From assembly GCA_031396695.1 (NCBI GenBank), contig JANNLG010000171.1, forward strand, positions 6,053 to 70,052: a stretch of 64,000 nt of DNA, read 5' to 3'. The stretch is from Deltaproteobacteria bacterium (GTDB lineage: Bacteria; Myxococcota_A; UBA9160; SZUA-336). Below are positions 25,641 to 34,775 of this stretch, piece after piece. The stretch's first letter is position 1, and each line of letters begins with the position of its first letter. Both the position numbers and the translations under genes were made by a program. Under the pieces are notes generated by a model, which searched no databases, was not told the origin of the DNA, and was given only the letters and a program-made list of their open reading frames with translations.

Positions 25641-26524
25641 GGCGGCGTGATGCACTTGCGTGCTCGGTGCTGCTGGCGCTGGCGCCGCTCGTCGGCGGGT
25701 GTCGCGAAGCGGTCACGCTCGAGCCGGGGATCGGCGCGCGCGTCACGCTCGACCGCAGCGAGGCGCGCGTCGGAGATCCGATCGGCGTCACGGTCGAGAT
25801 CGAGACGCCGGCCGGCTTCACGCTGCAGACGCCGCCCGCGCCGGGCGACGGTCCGTTCGCGTCGGACTCCCTGCGCCTGATCGCGCCGATCTCGACGCCC
25901 GCGGGTCTGCGCCACCACTTGCTCTGGGTCGTGCGCGCGCGCGAGGTCGGCGACCAGTCCCTGCCGTGGCTCGAGATTCCGCTCGTGCGGCCCGACGGCG
26001 CGATCCAGCCGCTGCGCGTCGGCGGCGTGCCGCTCGCGGTGCGCTCGGTGCGCGCGGATCTGCCCGCGCGCGAGGCGGTGTTCGACATCCGCAGCGCGCC
26101 GCCGATCGAGCCGACACCGCTCTGGGTATGGGCGCTCTGCGCGGCCGGGATCGGCCTCGCGGTGCTGGCCTTCCGCGCGCTGCGCCGGCGCGCGAAATCG
26201 CTGCAGGCCGCGAGCACCAAGATCAGCGACGCCGGCCGCGCGGCGCTCGCGGAGCTCGCCGAAGCGGAGCGCGACGGCGATGCGCGCTCGTTCGCGGAGC
26301 GCGTGCGCGCGGCGCTGCTCTCGTTCGTGGGCCACGTGTGGAGCGTCGACACCGCCAGCGCGACGCCGGCCGAGCTGTCCGGGGCCGTCGATCGCGAGCT
26401 CGTGCGCATCCTGCACACGCTCGAGCGGGCGCGCTTCGCGAAGCGGCCCGCGCTCGCACCGCTCACACCGCTCGCGTCACAGGCGCGAGAGCGGGTCCGC
26501 CATGTGGCCAATCTCCGCGGCTAG
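25637..26524 (+). CDS. hypothetical lipoprotein/membrane protein in the Bat-operon slot usually held by a DUF4381-type protein
   Basis: TTG 25637 overlaps the DUF58 stop. Has the lipobox LALAPLVGGC and one internal TM segment (LWVWALCAAGIGLAVLAF). The family call rests on operon position only. Confidence 0.55.
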   Translation: MRRRDALACSVLLALAPLVGGCREAVTLEPGIGARVTLDRSEARVGDPIGVTVEIETPAGFTLQTPPAPGDGPFASDSLRLIAPISTPAGLRHHLLWVVRAREVGDQSLPWLEIPLVRPDGAIQPLRVGGVPLAVRSVRADLPAREAVFDIRSAPPIEPTPLWVWALCAAGIGLAVLAFRALRRRAKSLQAASTKISDAGRAALAELAEAERDGDARSFAERVRAALLSFVGHVWSVDTASATPAELSGAVDRELVRILHTLERARFAKRPALAPLTPLASQARERVRHVANLRG

Positions 26525-27542
26525 TGCGCTCGAGTTCGCGGCGCTCGGCGTCGAGGCGCCGGGTCTGCTGCTCGCCGGGCTCGTGTTGGTGGCGATCGCG
26601 CTGCTCGTCGCGCTGGCGCGCGGACCGCGACGCTTGCGCGTGCCGAGTGCCGGTCGCGACGCGGCCTCGTCGCGCGCGCGGCCGGATCTCGCGTTCCTCG
26701 TCTCGGTCGCGCTGCGCTGCGCGGCGCTCGGGCTGCTCGTGCTGACCGCCGCGCGTCCGGTCGGGCTCGTGCCGGAGAACCCCGCGGCCGGCTCGGGTGT
26801 GGATCTGGTGATCGCACTCGACGCGTCGGGCAGCATGCTCGCGCTCGACGGCCAGCTCGACGGCCGCCAGGTCACGCGACTCGAGCTCGCCAAGTCGGCG
26901 GTGTCGGACTTCGTGCACGCGCGCAGCGGCGACCGCATCGGACTGGTCGCGTTCGGCGAGCACGCCTTCACGCTTTGTCCGCTGACGGTCGACCATCGCC
27001 TGGTGCAGGAGTCGCTCGCGCGCGTCGAGGCGGGCCTGGTCGGCGACGCAACCGCGGTCGGCGAGGCGATCGGGCTCGGCACGCAGCGGCTCTCGATCTC
27101 GGGCGGACCCGAGGACGGACAGCGCATCCTGGTGCTGGTCACCGACGGTCGCCACAACTCGGGCAAGCTCGCGCCGCAGACCGCGGCCGAGCTCGCGAAG
27201 CGCGCGGGCGTGCGCATCCACGCGGTCGGCGTCGGAACTTCCGGGCTCGTGCCGTTCGCGCAGCCGGGCGCGGGTGCGCCAATGCGCTTCGAGCGCGTGG
27301 ATCTCGACCGGGACACACTTCAGAGTGTCGCCGCGAGCACCGGCGGACATTTCTTCCACGCGCGTCGACCCGAGGATCTGGGCGGAGTGGCCGCGGCGAT
27401 CGACCGGCTCGAGGCGCGTCCGCGCGCGAGCGAGCCGCGCTACCGCCACGCCTCGCTCGCGCCGCTCTCGCTGTCGCTCGCGCTCGGCTTGCTGCTGCTC
27501 GAAGCCGCGCTCGCGCACGGGCTGCTGCGGCGGCTGCCGTGA
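26502..27542 (+). CDS. VWA domain-containing protein (BatA-like)
   Basis: ATG 26502. N-terminal TM segments are followed by the VWA MIDAS motif DLVIALDASGSM, then LVAFGEHAF and ILVLVTDGRHN, and a C-terminal TM segment. Confidence 0.85.
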   Translation: MWPISAASALEFAALGVEAPGLLLAGLVLVAIALLVALARGPRRLRVPSAGRDAASSRARPDLAFLVSVALRCAALGLLVLTAARPVGLVPENPAAGSGVDLVIALDASGSMLALDGQLDGRQVTRLELAKSAVSDFVHARSGDRIGLVAFGEHAFTLCPLTVDHRLVQESLARVEAGLVGDATAVGEAIGLGTQRLSISGGPEDGQRILVLVTDGRHNSGKLAPQTAAELAKRAGVRIHAVGVGTSGLVPFAQPGAGAPMRFERVDLDRDTLQSVAASTGGHFFHARRPEDLGGVAAAIDRLEARPRASEPRYRHASLAPLSLSLALGLLLLEAALAHGLLRRLP

Positions 27543-29164
27543 CCACGCTCGTGTGGCTCGCGGCGTGCGCGATCGCTGCATTCGCGGGGCAGGCCGCGAT
27601 TCGAGGCCGTCGTGAGCTGCGCGCGTGGCTCGGCCGCGACCCGACGCCGGTTGCGCGCGCGACGCGGGCGCTCGCGCTGACGCTCGCGGCGCTGCTCTCC
27701 GCGCACGCGCTCGGACTCGCGCTCGAAACGCCCGATCGTCTCTCCGATGATTTCGCCGACGTGGTGATCGCGGTCGACACCTCCACCAGCATGGACGTGA
27801 CCGACGTCGCGCCGTCCCGCCTGCGCCGCGCGCTCCGTACGGCAGAGCGCGCGGTCCAAGAGGCACAAGGGGTGAGGTTCGCGCTGGTCGTGTTCGCCGG
27901 CGAGGCGTTCATCGCGCTTCCGCTCACCCAGGATCGCGACGCCGTGCTCACCTATCTGCGCGCGCTCGACAGCGAGACGATCTCGGTGAAAGGCAGCGAG
28001 CTCGCGCGCGGGCTCGAGGCCGCCGCTCGCGCGTTCGATCCGCGCTCGAGCCGACCGCGCACGGTGCTGCTGTTGACGGACGGCGAGCACTTCGGCCCCG
28101 CGCCCGACGCGCAGATCGCCGCGCTCGGCCGGCTGGCCGCGCAGGTGGTCGCGATCGGCTACGGCACCGAGGAGGGCGGCGCGGTGCCGGGTCAGCTCGC
28201 GCTCGCCGAAGCGGTACGGCGCGGCGAGGCGACCGTGTCTCGGCGTGGCGACGCAGTTCTGCGTCGGGTCGCGTCCGAAACCGGGGGCGCCTATTTCCGC
28301 GAGATCGAAGAGCGCCCCACGACCGCCGATCTGCTGCCGCCGCCCGTGCCGAGCGCGGAGCCCGAGCCGGAGTCGAAGGCCGATCCGCTGCTGCCCTGGT
28401 TGCTGGCGGCCGCGCTCGCACTGCTCGCGGAGCTCTGGCTGTCGGGCCAGCCGGGCGTTCGCATCTCGCGCCCGCGCGCGCGACGGCGTCAACTCGCCGC
28501 CGCGACACTGGCGGGTGTCGCGCTGGCGGGAACCGCCTTCGGCCCGCTCTCGAGCTGGCTCGAACAGGGCGACCAAGCGCTGGCCGCCGGGCGTCCGGAC
28601 GAGGCGCTCGCGCTCTACCGCGAGGCCGAGCGCGCGCGCGGCCCCGACGCGCGAACGCAGATCCGGATCGGCAACGCGTTGTTCCGGCTCGAGCGCATGG
28701 ATCAGGCCGCCAGCGCCTACCTCGAGGCGCTGCGCGCGCTCGCGCCCGACGATCCCGAGGCGCGCTTCGCGGCGAGCTTCAACCTGGGCAACACGCTGGT
28801 CGCGCAGAAGCACTTCGAGGAAGCGCGCGATGCGTACTGGGCCGCGCTGCTCGCGATGCCCGAGAGCCCCGAAGCCAAGTTCAACTACGAGTGGTCGGTC
28901 GAGCGCATTCTCGAAATCCCGCCGGTGCCCGAGACCGAGCCGAACCGCGACGCGCAGAGTGACTCCGAAGCGCCGCAGCCCTCGCCGTCCGGCGACGCGC
29001 CGGGTCGGGGCGAGCCGCAGCCCGCTCCCGGCGGACTCGACGAGCGCGAGGCGCAGGCCTGGCTCGAGACGCTCGAGGAGCCGGTCGGCGAAGCGCTCGA
29101 GCGCCAGGTGACCAACGAATTCGACGGCCAGCCGCGCGCGCGTCCGGGCAGCAAGACGTGGTGA
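27539..29164 (+). CDS. VWA domain protein fused to TPR repeats (BatB-BatC-like fusion)
   Basis: GTGA overlap at 27539. VWA motifs are VVIAVDTSTSMD and VLLLTDGEHF. After a TM segment come TPR-like repeats (ALALYREAERA..., AASAYLEALRA..., ARDAYWAALLA...). Confidence 0.8.
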   Translation: MTTLVWLAACAIAAFAGQAAIRGRRELRAWLGRDPTPVARATRALALTLAALLSAHALGLALETPDRLSDDFADVVIAVDTSTSMDVTDVAPSRLRRALRTAERAVQEAQGVRFALVVFAGEAFIALPLTQDRDAVLTYLRALDSETISVKGSELARGLEAAARAFDPRSSRPRTVLLLTDGEHFGPAPDAQIAALGRLAAQVVAIGYGTEEGGAVPGQLALAEAVRRGEATVSRRGDAVLRRVASETGGAYFREIEERPTTADLLPPPVPSAEPEPESKADPLLPWLLAAALALLAELWLSGQPGVRISRPRARRRQLAAATLAGVALAGTAFGPLSSWLEQGDQALAAGRPDEALALYREAERARGPDARTQIRIGNALFRLERMDQAASAYLEALRALAPDDPEARFAASFNLGNTLVAQKHFEEARDAYWAALLAMPESPEAKFNYEWSVERILEIPPVPETEPNRDAQSDSEAPQPSPSGDAPGRGEPQPAPGGLDEREAQAWLETLEEPVGEALERQVTNEFDGQPRARPGSKTW

Positions 29165-30396
29165 GGGTTCGAGTCGCCGCGCTGCTCGCGCTGGTTGCGC
29201 CGTTCGCGCCGTTCGCGCTCGGGGCGAGCGCCGCGCGCGCCGAACCCGCGCAAACGCTCGAGGTGCAGGTCGCGCTCGATCGCGAGCAGGTCTTCGTGCA
29301 CGAGCAGGCGGTGCTCTCGGTGATCGTGCGTCACACGCCCGATGCACGCGCGAGCTGGGAGCCGCCGCCCTTCGACGGTTTCTGGGCCGAGCGCATCGGC
29401 ACGCGCGGCCTGCCGCCCGACGCGCAGGGACTGCCGCGCACCGAGTTCCGGCGCGCGCTGTTTCCGACGCGCAGCGGCGAAGTCGCGATCGCGGCTTCCA
29501 AGCTCGTGCTCGTCGGCGAGGGCGGCTCGGAGCTCGAGATCCCCGTACCCGGCAGCGTGCTGCGCGTGCTGCCGCTGCCCGCCGAGGTGCCGGAGGGCGC
29601 GCTGGTCGGTCAGCTCGAGGTGCGCGTCAGCGCGAGCGACGATCGCCTGCGCTTGGGCAAAGCGCTCTCGCTCACGATCGAGCTCGCCGGCGAGGGCAAC
29701 GTGTGGGACGCGAAGGCGCCCGCGCTCGAGGCGCTCGTCGGCCCCGACGTCGAGGTGTTCCCCGAGGCCCCGCTGATCTCGATCGGCGAGAGCGCCGGCC
29801 GCGCCACCACGCGCCGCACCTTCCGCTATGCGCTCGTGCCCTCGCGCACGGGCACGCTGCGCGTCGAGCCGGTGCGCTTTCCGTACTTCGACCCGAGCCG
29901 GCGCGCGCTCGCGAGCGCCGAGAGCGCACCCGTGCTCTTCACCGTGTTCGCGGGCAGCGCAGACGCGGAAGAGCGCGCCCCGTGGGAGAACCGGCCCGCG
30001 CTGCGCGAGGCGACGCGCCTGCCGCTCGCCTGGCTCGCGTTCGCGTTCGCGGCCGCGCTCGCGCTCTCGTACTTCCTGCTGTCGCGTCGACGCCGCGCGC
30101 AGGCGGCGCTCGGTCTGACCGGAAGCCCGCCCTCGCCGCGCAAGGCGTTCGAAGCCGCACTCGCGGCGCGCGACACACGCGAGTGTCTGCCGCTGCTCGC
30201 GAACGCCGTGCGCGCCGCGATCACCGTCCGCCACGGCTTCGACGCGGGGACGCTCACGAGCCCGGAAATCGCCTCGCGCAATCCCGATCCGGAAGCGCTC
30301 GCGCTGCTGCTCGCGCTCGACCGCGCGCGCTTCGCGGGCACCGCCCGCGCCGACGACGCGCTGGTCGCCCGCGTGCGCGCGTACCTGAAAGTCTAG
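29158..30396 (+). CDS. BatD-like protein
   Basis: GTG 29158 overlaps the upstream stop. Has a signal peptide (VAALLALVAPFAPFALGASAARA). The repeated segments ...VFVHEQAVLSVIV..., ...FRRALFPTRSGEVAI... and ...FRYALVPSRTGTLRV... are followed by a C-terminal TM segment, as in BatD. Confidence 0.7.
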   Translation: MVRVRVAALLALVAPFAPFALGASAARAEPAQTLEVQVALDREQVFVHEQAVLSVIVRHTPDARASWEPPPFDGFWAERIGTRGLPPDAQGLPRTEFRRALFPTRSGEVAIAASKLVLVGEGGSELEIPVPGSVLRVLPLPAEVPEGALVGQLEVRVSASDDRLRLGKALSLTIELAGEGNVWDAKAPALEALVGPDVEVFPEAPLISIGESAGRATTRRTFRYALVPSRTGTLRVEPVRFPYFDPSRRALASAESAPVLFTVFAGSADAEERAPWENRPALREATRLPLAWLAFAFAAALALSYFLLSRRRRAQAALGLTGSPPSPRKAFEAALAARDTRECLPLLANAVRAAITVRHGFDAGTLTSPEIASRNPDPEALALLLALDRARFAGTARADDALVARVRAYLKV

Positions 30397-31391
30397 GAAG
30401 CGTGTTGGCGCTTCGCGCGCGCGTACAAGTCGGGCGTGTTGCCGACGTACGACTCGAGCAGCTCGCGATCGCCGATCGCCGCATCGGCTCGCTCACCGAT
30501 GAAGAAGAGGCCGAGTGCGGCGTCGCGCGCAGCCGGCCGCGACGCGAGCAGGAAATCGAAATACTTCACCCAGAACAACGTGACACGGCAGAGCGTCTTC
30601 ACGGCGAAGCGCGAGCGGCGTCCGCTCGCGAAGCCGAGCAACAGAGATTGGATTGCGTAGCCGAGGGCCGCACCCGGACCGGACGAGACACCCGATGAGA
30701 GCTCGCGGAAGCGCGCGAAGAGCCGCCGGTGCGCGAGGCCCGAGAAGCGGTTGAAGTCGTACGCACCGCCGTGCACCGGCAGCATGAACGGCGTGTCGGC
30801 ATAGACGATTCCCTCCGGCCGCAGCACGCGGTGGATCTCGTCGGCGATGGCCTGCGGATCCACGCCGTGCTCGAGCACACCGTCGACGATCACCGCGTCG
30901 AACGAGCCGTCTGCAAAGGGAAGCGAACGCGGGTCCGAGAGGACACCAACACCCGCGCCCGGAACGCAATCGCACTCGATGCAGGAAAGATCGGGATCCT
31001 GGCGCAGTACCGCGTTTGCGGCGCGCGCGTGCTTTCCGCCGATGTTCAGAATCTCCGGCCGTGCGCTGCGCGCGAACAGCAGGGCCTTGAGCTGCGCCGC
31101 ATTCCGCCGTGCGGCGAGATTCAGATCCAGGCTCGGCAGTGCGCGCAGCGCGAACGCGTGCAGGCGTGATTGCGGTGGCTTTCCCAGTAAACGCTCCGTG
31201 TAGTCGGCGATCCGAAGCACACTCTCGCGCTCGTCGATCAGGACCGGCGCTCCGTCGACGATCGGGAATCGGATCGCGCAGGCGCTCTGGAGACACTCGA
31301 GCTCCGGACCTCGCTCCCCCAGCGCGCCCCGACAGCGCGGGCAGCGCAGTCTCGTCACCGCCACGCGCAGAATCGACCTAGATTCCGTCAT
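30393..31391 (-). CDS. class I SAM-dependent methyltransferase with N-terminal Trm112-like zinc ribbon
   Basis: Full-length track ORF. The zinc ribbon is LRCPRCRG...LECLQSACAIRFPIVDGAPVL. Methyltransferase type-11-like motifs are ILNIGG, FDAVIVDGVLEH and LRPEGIVY. Confidence 0.8.
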   Translation of the reverse strand: MTESRSILRVAVTRLRCPRCRGALGERGPELECLQSACAIRFPIVDGAPVLIDERESVLRIADYTERLLGKPPQSRLHAFALRALPSLDLNLAARRNAAQLKALLFARSARPEILNIGGKHARAANAVLRQDPDLSCIECDCVPGAGVGVLSDPRSLPFADGSFDAVIVDGVLEHGVDPQAIADEIHRVLRPEGIVYADTPFMLPVHGGAYDFNRFSGLAHRRLFARFRELSSGVSSGPGAALGYAIQSLLLGFASGRRSRFAVKTLCRVTLFWVKYFDFLLASRPAARDAALGLFFIGERADAAIGDRELLESYVGNTPDLYARAKRQHAS

Positions 31392-31455
31392 TCAGTTGTC
31401 ATTCTAGCTCGGCCATGTGGCAGTATGCCCACGCCATGACGACGAATGAGACTCT

Positions 31456-32946
31456 GTGAGCTCGACCGCTGGGCAAGAGCCACACGTCCTGCTCGTCGAT
31501 CTGAACAACTTCGCGCGCTACCCGACCGTCGCAGTGGGGTTGCTCGCGGCGGTCCTGCGCGACGCCGATCTCGAAGTCGAGGTCCTGTCGCCGCTCGCAT
31601 TCGGCGTTCCCGGCGTGCCACGTGAGCCGCGAGCAGCTCCGTGGGGCGCGGTAGAAGCGAAGCTCCGCTATGCGACCGCGATGTCGCGAAACCCGATCGT
31701 GACTCGTGCGCGCGCAGCGCTCGTGGAGCGTCGACATCCGATCAAGAGCCGCGCCATGCGCATGCTGCTCGAGTCGCTCGAGGCGAAGCTCACGCTCGGA
31801 TGCAACGTGGTGCTGATCTCCGCGTACTTGATGTACTTCGAAGCGTGCCGCGAGATCGCGCGAGTCTGCGCGGCCCGCGGAATTCCGGTGCTCATCGGAG
31901 GCAGCTACTTCTTCCAGCCCGAAGTCGCCAGCGAGTGGACCGGCATTCCGGGCGTGAACGCGGTGGTGGGGGGCGAGGTCGAGCCGTATGTCGCCGAGAT
32001 CGTGCGCGCCGCCGTCGGCGGCAAGGAACTCGGCGGATTCCCGGGCGTCTGGGTAGAAGCGACGCAGACGGCGCCGGCGAGACCTCTGCTCGGTCTCGAC
32101 TCGTTGCCCTTTCCCGACTACAGCGATTTCCCGTGGCACCGCTACCCGGAGCGCATCGTGCCGATCGTCACCGGGCGAGGCTGCGGGTGGGGCGTCTGCA
32201 CGTTCTGCTCCGACGTAACGAGCACAGCGGGCCGAACCTTCCGCTCGCGGGACGCCGGCAACGTGCTCGACGAACTCGAGTTCCAAGCGCGGCGACACGC
32301 CACGCACTTGTTCGTCTTCACCGACCTGAAGTTGAATTCGGACGCGGAGGTCTGGAGCGCGCTCATCTCGCGCACGCGTACGCACGTTCCATCCGCGCGT
32401 TGGATCGGCGCGGTGCACGTCAACGGGGATCGGCCCGACGGCGTGTCGCTCGCCGAGCTCCGCGCGGCAAAGACGTCCGGTATGGTGCGGTTGACGACCG
32501 GACTCGAGTCCGGCAGCCAGCGCGTGCTCGACGACATGCGCAAGGGCACCAACCTAGGCACGACTCGCCGCTTCCTGGAAGATGCGGCCGTCGCGGAACT
32601 GAGCGTCCGACTGACGATGATCGTGGGCTATCCCGGCGAGCGAGCGGAAGACGTCGGGGCGAGTGCGACGTTCGTCGAGGAGAATTCGGCTCGGATCGAT
32701 CGCATTCTCCTGAACCGCTTCGCGCTCATGACCGGAACTCGCCTGCACCGGAACACGGAGCGCGATGCCCACGCGGATCTTGCGTCGGTTCGACCGAACC
32801 ACCGTGTCGCGCTACTCGACCACGAGTTCGAACCCGCGCGCGACCCCGCATACCGGCGCCAGGTGAACCGTCTGATCTCGGCCGTTCATCGCGTGAATCG
32901 CCGACCGATTCGCGAAGGCGCGAGCGAGTTCGAAGGCGTCATGTAG
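31456..32946 (+). CDS. B12-binding domain-containing radical SAM protein
   Basis: GTG 31456. The N-terminal B12-binding-like region reads VLLVDLNNFARYPTVAVGLLAAVLRDADLEVEVL. The cluster motif is GRGCGWGVCTFCS, followed by GLESGSQRVLDDMRKG. Confidence 0.85.
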   Translation: MSSTAGQEPHVLLVDLNNFARYPTVAVGLLAAVLRDADLEVEVLSPLAFGVPGVPREPRAAPWGAVEAKLRYATAMSRNPIVTRARAALVERRHPIKSRAMRMLLESLEAKLTLGCNVVLISAYLMYFEACREIARVCAARGIPVLIGGSYFFQPEVASEWTGIPGVNAVVGGEVEPYVAEIVRAAVGGKELGGFPGVWVEATQTAPARPLLGLDSLPFPDYSDFPWHRYPERIVPIVTGRGCGWGVCTFCSDVTSTAGRTFRSRDAGNVLDELEFQARRHATHLFVFTDLKLNSDAEVWSALISRTRTHVPSARWIGAVHVNGDRPDGVSLAELRAAKTSGMVRLTTGLESGSQRVLDDMRKGTNLGTTRRFLEDAAVAELSVRLTMIVGYPGERAEDVGASATFVEENSARIDRILLNRFALMTGTRLHRNTERDAHADLASVRPNHRVALLDHEFEPARDPAYRRQVNRLISAVHRVNRRPIREGASEFEGVM

Positions 32947-34147
32947 CGAGCGCCCTCTGGAAGAGCGCTTCCAGTCGCCCGACCTGCCGCTCGATCGTGT
33001 GCCGCTCGAGCACCAGCGCGCGCCCGCGTGCGGCCATCTCATCGAGGCGTGGGGCGGAAGTCGCGAGCAATTCGCGCAGCGCGTCGGTCAGGTCGTCGAC
33101 GGCGTCCGGCGACACCAGCCAGCCCGTCTCCCCATCGCGCACGAGCTCCGGAATCGCAGCAACGCGACTCGCGATCACCGGGCGGCCGAGCGCCAGCGCC
33201 TCGATGATCACGACCGGCAGGCCCTCCGCTTGGCTCGGTACGACGACGCCACGTGAACCGAGCAGAGCACTGCGAACCCGAGACTCGTCGGCCCAGCCGT
33301 GCACCGAGACACACCCGCGCAGGTCGAGCGCGTCGAGGCGGGCCTCGATCCCACCGCGAAGCTCCCCATCACCGACGAGCACCAGATCGAACGCAACGCC
33401 CTCGCGCGAAAGTCGTGCGGCGGCGTCGAGCAGTCGTAGTTGACCCTTGCGACCGCTCAGACGACCGACGCAGACCAATCGCTGCGACGCGGGATCGATC
33501 GGAGGAGAGCCGGACAGGAAAGCCGCATCGACACCGCACCGCACGACGCTGAGCTTTGAGCGATCCGCTTCGTCGCACAGCGCGGCTACCTGTTCGAAGC
33601 AATAGTCGCTGATCGCGACGGTGAAGACCGCCGCGCGGACCTTCAGCCGCAGGCCGTCGCGAGCCTCCGGCACGAACTCCTCGGGGCCGTGCACCGTCAG
33701 GCTGTACGGAGTCCCGCCGAACACCTGAATCACGTGCGCCACGGCAGCCGGATGCGTGCCGAAGTGCACGTGCAAGTGGGGTAGCCCGCGCAGAGCGAGC
33801 TCTCGCGCGAGAACGACGGCCTCGAACAGGTAGACGAACGCGTGCCGCAGGCGTCTACCGTCGGCGGGCGCTACGGCGTACGCCGCGAGCCAGGCCGCGA
33901 GCATGCGCCGTGGGTGCGTGACGAAGGCATGCAGAATGTCTCTCGCGATGCGCCGCTTCGACTGCTCGAGAACCACGAAGGTGAGCGCGATCTCCGCGCG
34001 GTCGGCTGCGTCGACGACAGCGTCATGTCCCGAGCGCAGCGAGCAGCGGAAGACCTCGTGTCCGCGCTTCTCCAGCTCGCGGATCTCGCGTCGGATGAAC
34101 GTGTGGCTGGGGTACGGATACCGGTGCGTGAGATAGGCGAGCCGCAT
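32939..34147 (-). CDS. glycosyltransferase family 4 (WcaL-like)
   Basis: Full-length track ORF. The N-terminus is MRLAYLTHRYPYPSHTFIRREI. The C-terminal GT1/GT4 motif is VVPSQAEGLPVVIIEALALGRPVIASRVAAIPELVRDGETGWLV. Confidence 0.85.
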   Translation of the reverse strand: MRLAYLTHRYPYPSHTFIRREIRELEKRGHEVFRCSLRSGHDAVVDAADRAEIALTFVVLEQSKRRIARDILHAFVTHPRRMLAAWLAAYAVAPADGRRLRHAFVYLFEAVVLARELALRGLPHLHVHFGTHPAAVAHVIQVFGGTPYSLTVHGPEEFVPEARDGLRLKVRAAVFTVAISDYCFEQVAALCDEADRSKLSVVRCGVDAAFLSGSPPIDPASQRLVCVGRLSGRKGQLRLLDAAARLSREGVAFDLVLVGDGELRGGIEARLDALDLRGCVSVHGWADESRVRSALLGSRGVVVPSQAEGLPVVIIEALALGRPVIASRVAAIPELVRDGETGWLVSPDAVDDLTDALRELLATSAPRLDEMAARGRALVLERHTIERQVGRLEALFQRALAT

Positions 34148-34187
34148 GGCCGCGGCAGTCTAGGGGGCGGCATTGAATTGCGGGTGT

Positions 34188-34775
34188 CTAGTTTTGAGCC
34201 GGCAGATCCTCCGGCCGATTCAGATTCCGCAAACTCGCGAGCTCGGGATCGAGCGCGCGCAGGTCGGCTTCGGGGACGAAGACCGTGTTCAGGTCGCGCA
34301 GCAGCGCTTGCAGCGCGAGCTCGCCGCGCGCGATGCGGCGCTCGAGCTCGGGCAGGATGCGCGGGCGGTAGACGGCGAGCAGCGGCTCGGGGCCGCGTGG
34401 GCCGAGCGGCGCGACCACGTCGGCGCCGCCCTCCGTGGACACCAGCGCGAGCAGCGCGAGCAGCACGCGCGGGTCGATGTCGGGCAGATCGCATGCGGCT
34501 ACTAGCACGGCGCTCGACTCGCAGGCGGCCAGCGCCGCCGCGATGCCGACCAATGGCGCGCGCTCGGCGTGGCGGTCGACGATGCACTCGAGACCGAGCT
34601 CGGGCAGCTCGTCGGGTCGCGCCACGAAGCGCACGCGCTCCAGACACGCGCCGAGCGCGGCCGCGACGCGCGTGGCGAGCGGCGCGCCCTGATAGTGGAG
34701 CGTCGCCTTGTCGCGACCCATGCGCGTGGAGCTGCCGCCGACCAGCACCGCGCCTTCGACGTGCGAGAGCTTCAA
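34188..34775 (-). CDS. mobA: molybdenum cofactor guanylyltransferase
   Basis: TTG 34775 forms a TTGA overlap with the moeA stop. The segments GAVLVGGSSTRMGRDKA and VAACDLP are MobA motifs. Confidence 0.8.
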   Translation of the reverse strand: MKLSHVEGAVLVGGSSTRMGRDKATLHYQGAPLATRVAAALGACLERVRFVARPDELPELGLECIVDRHAERAPLVGIAAALAACESSAVLVAACDLPDIDPRVLLALLALVSTEGGADVVAPLGPRGPEPLLAVYRPRILPELERRIARGELALQALLRDLNTVFVPEADLRALDPELASLRNLNRPEDLPAQN

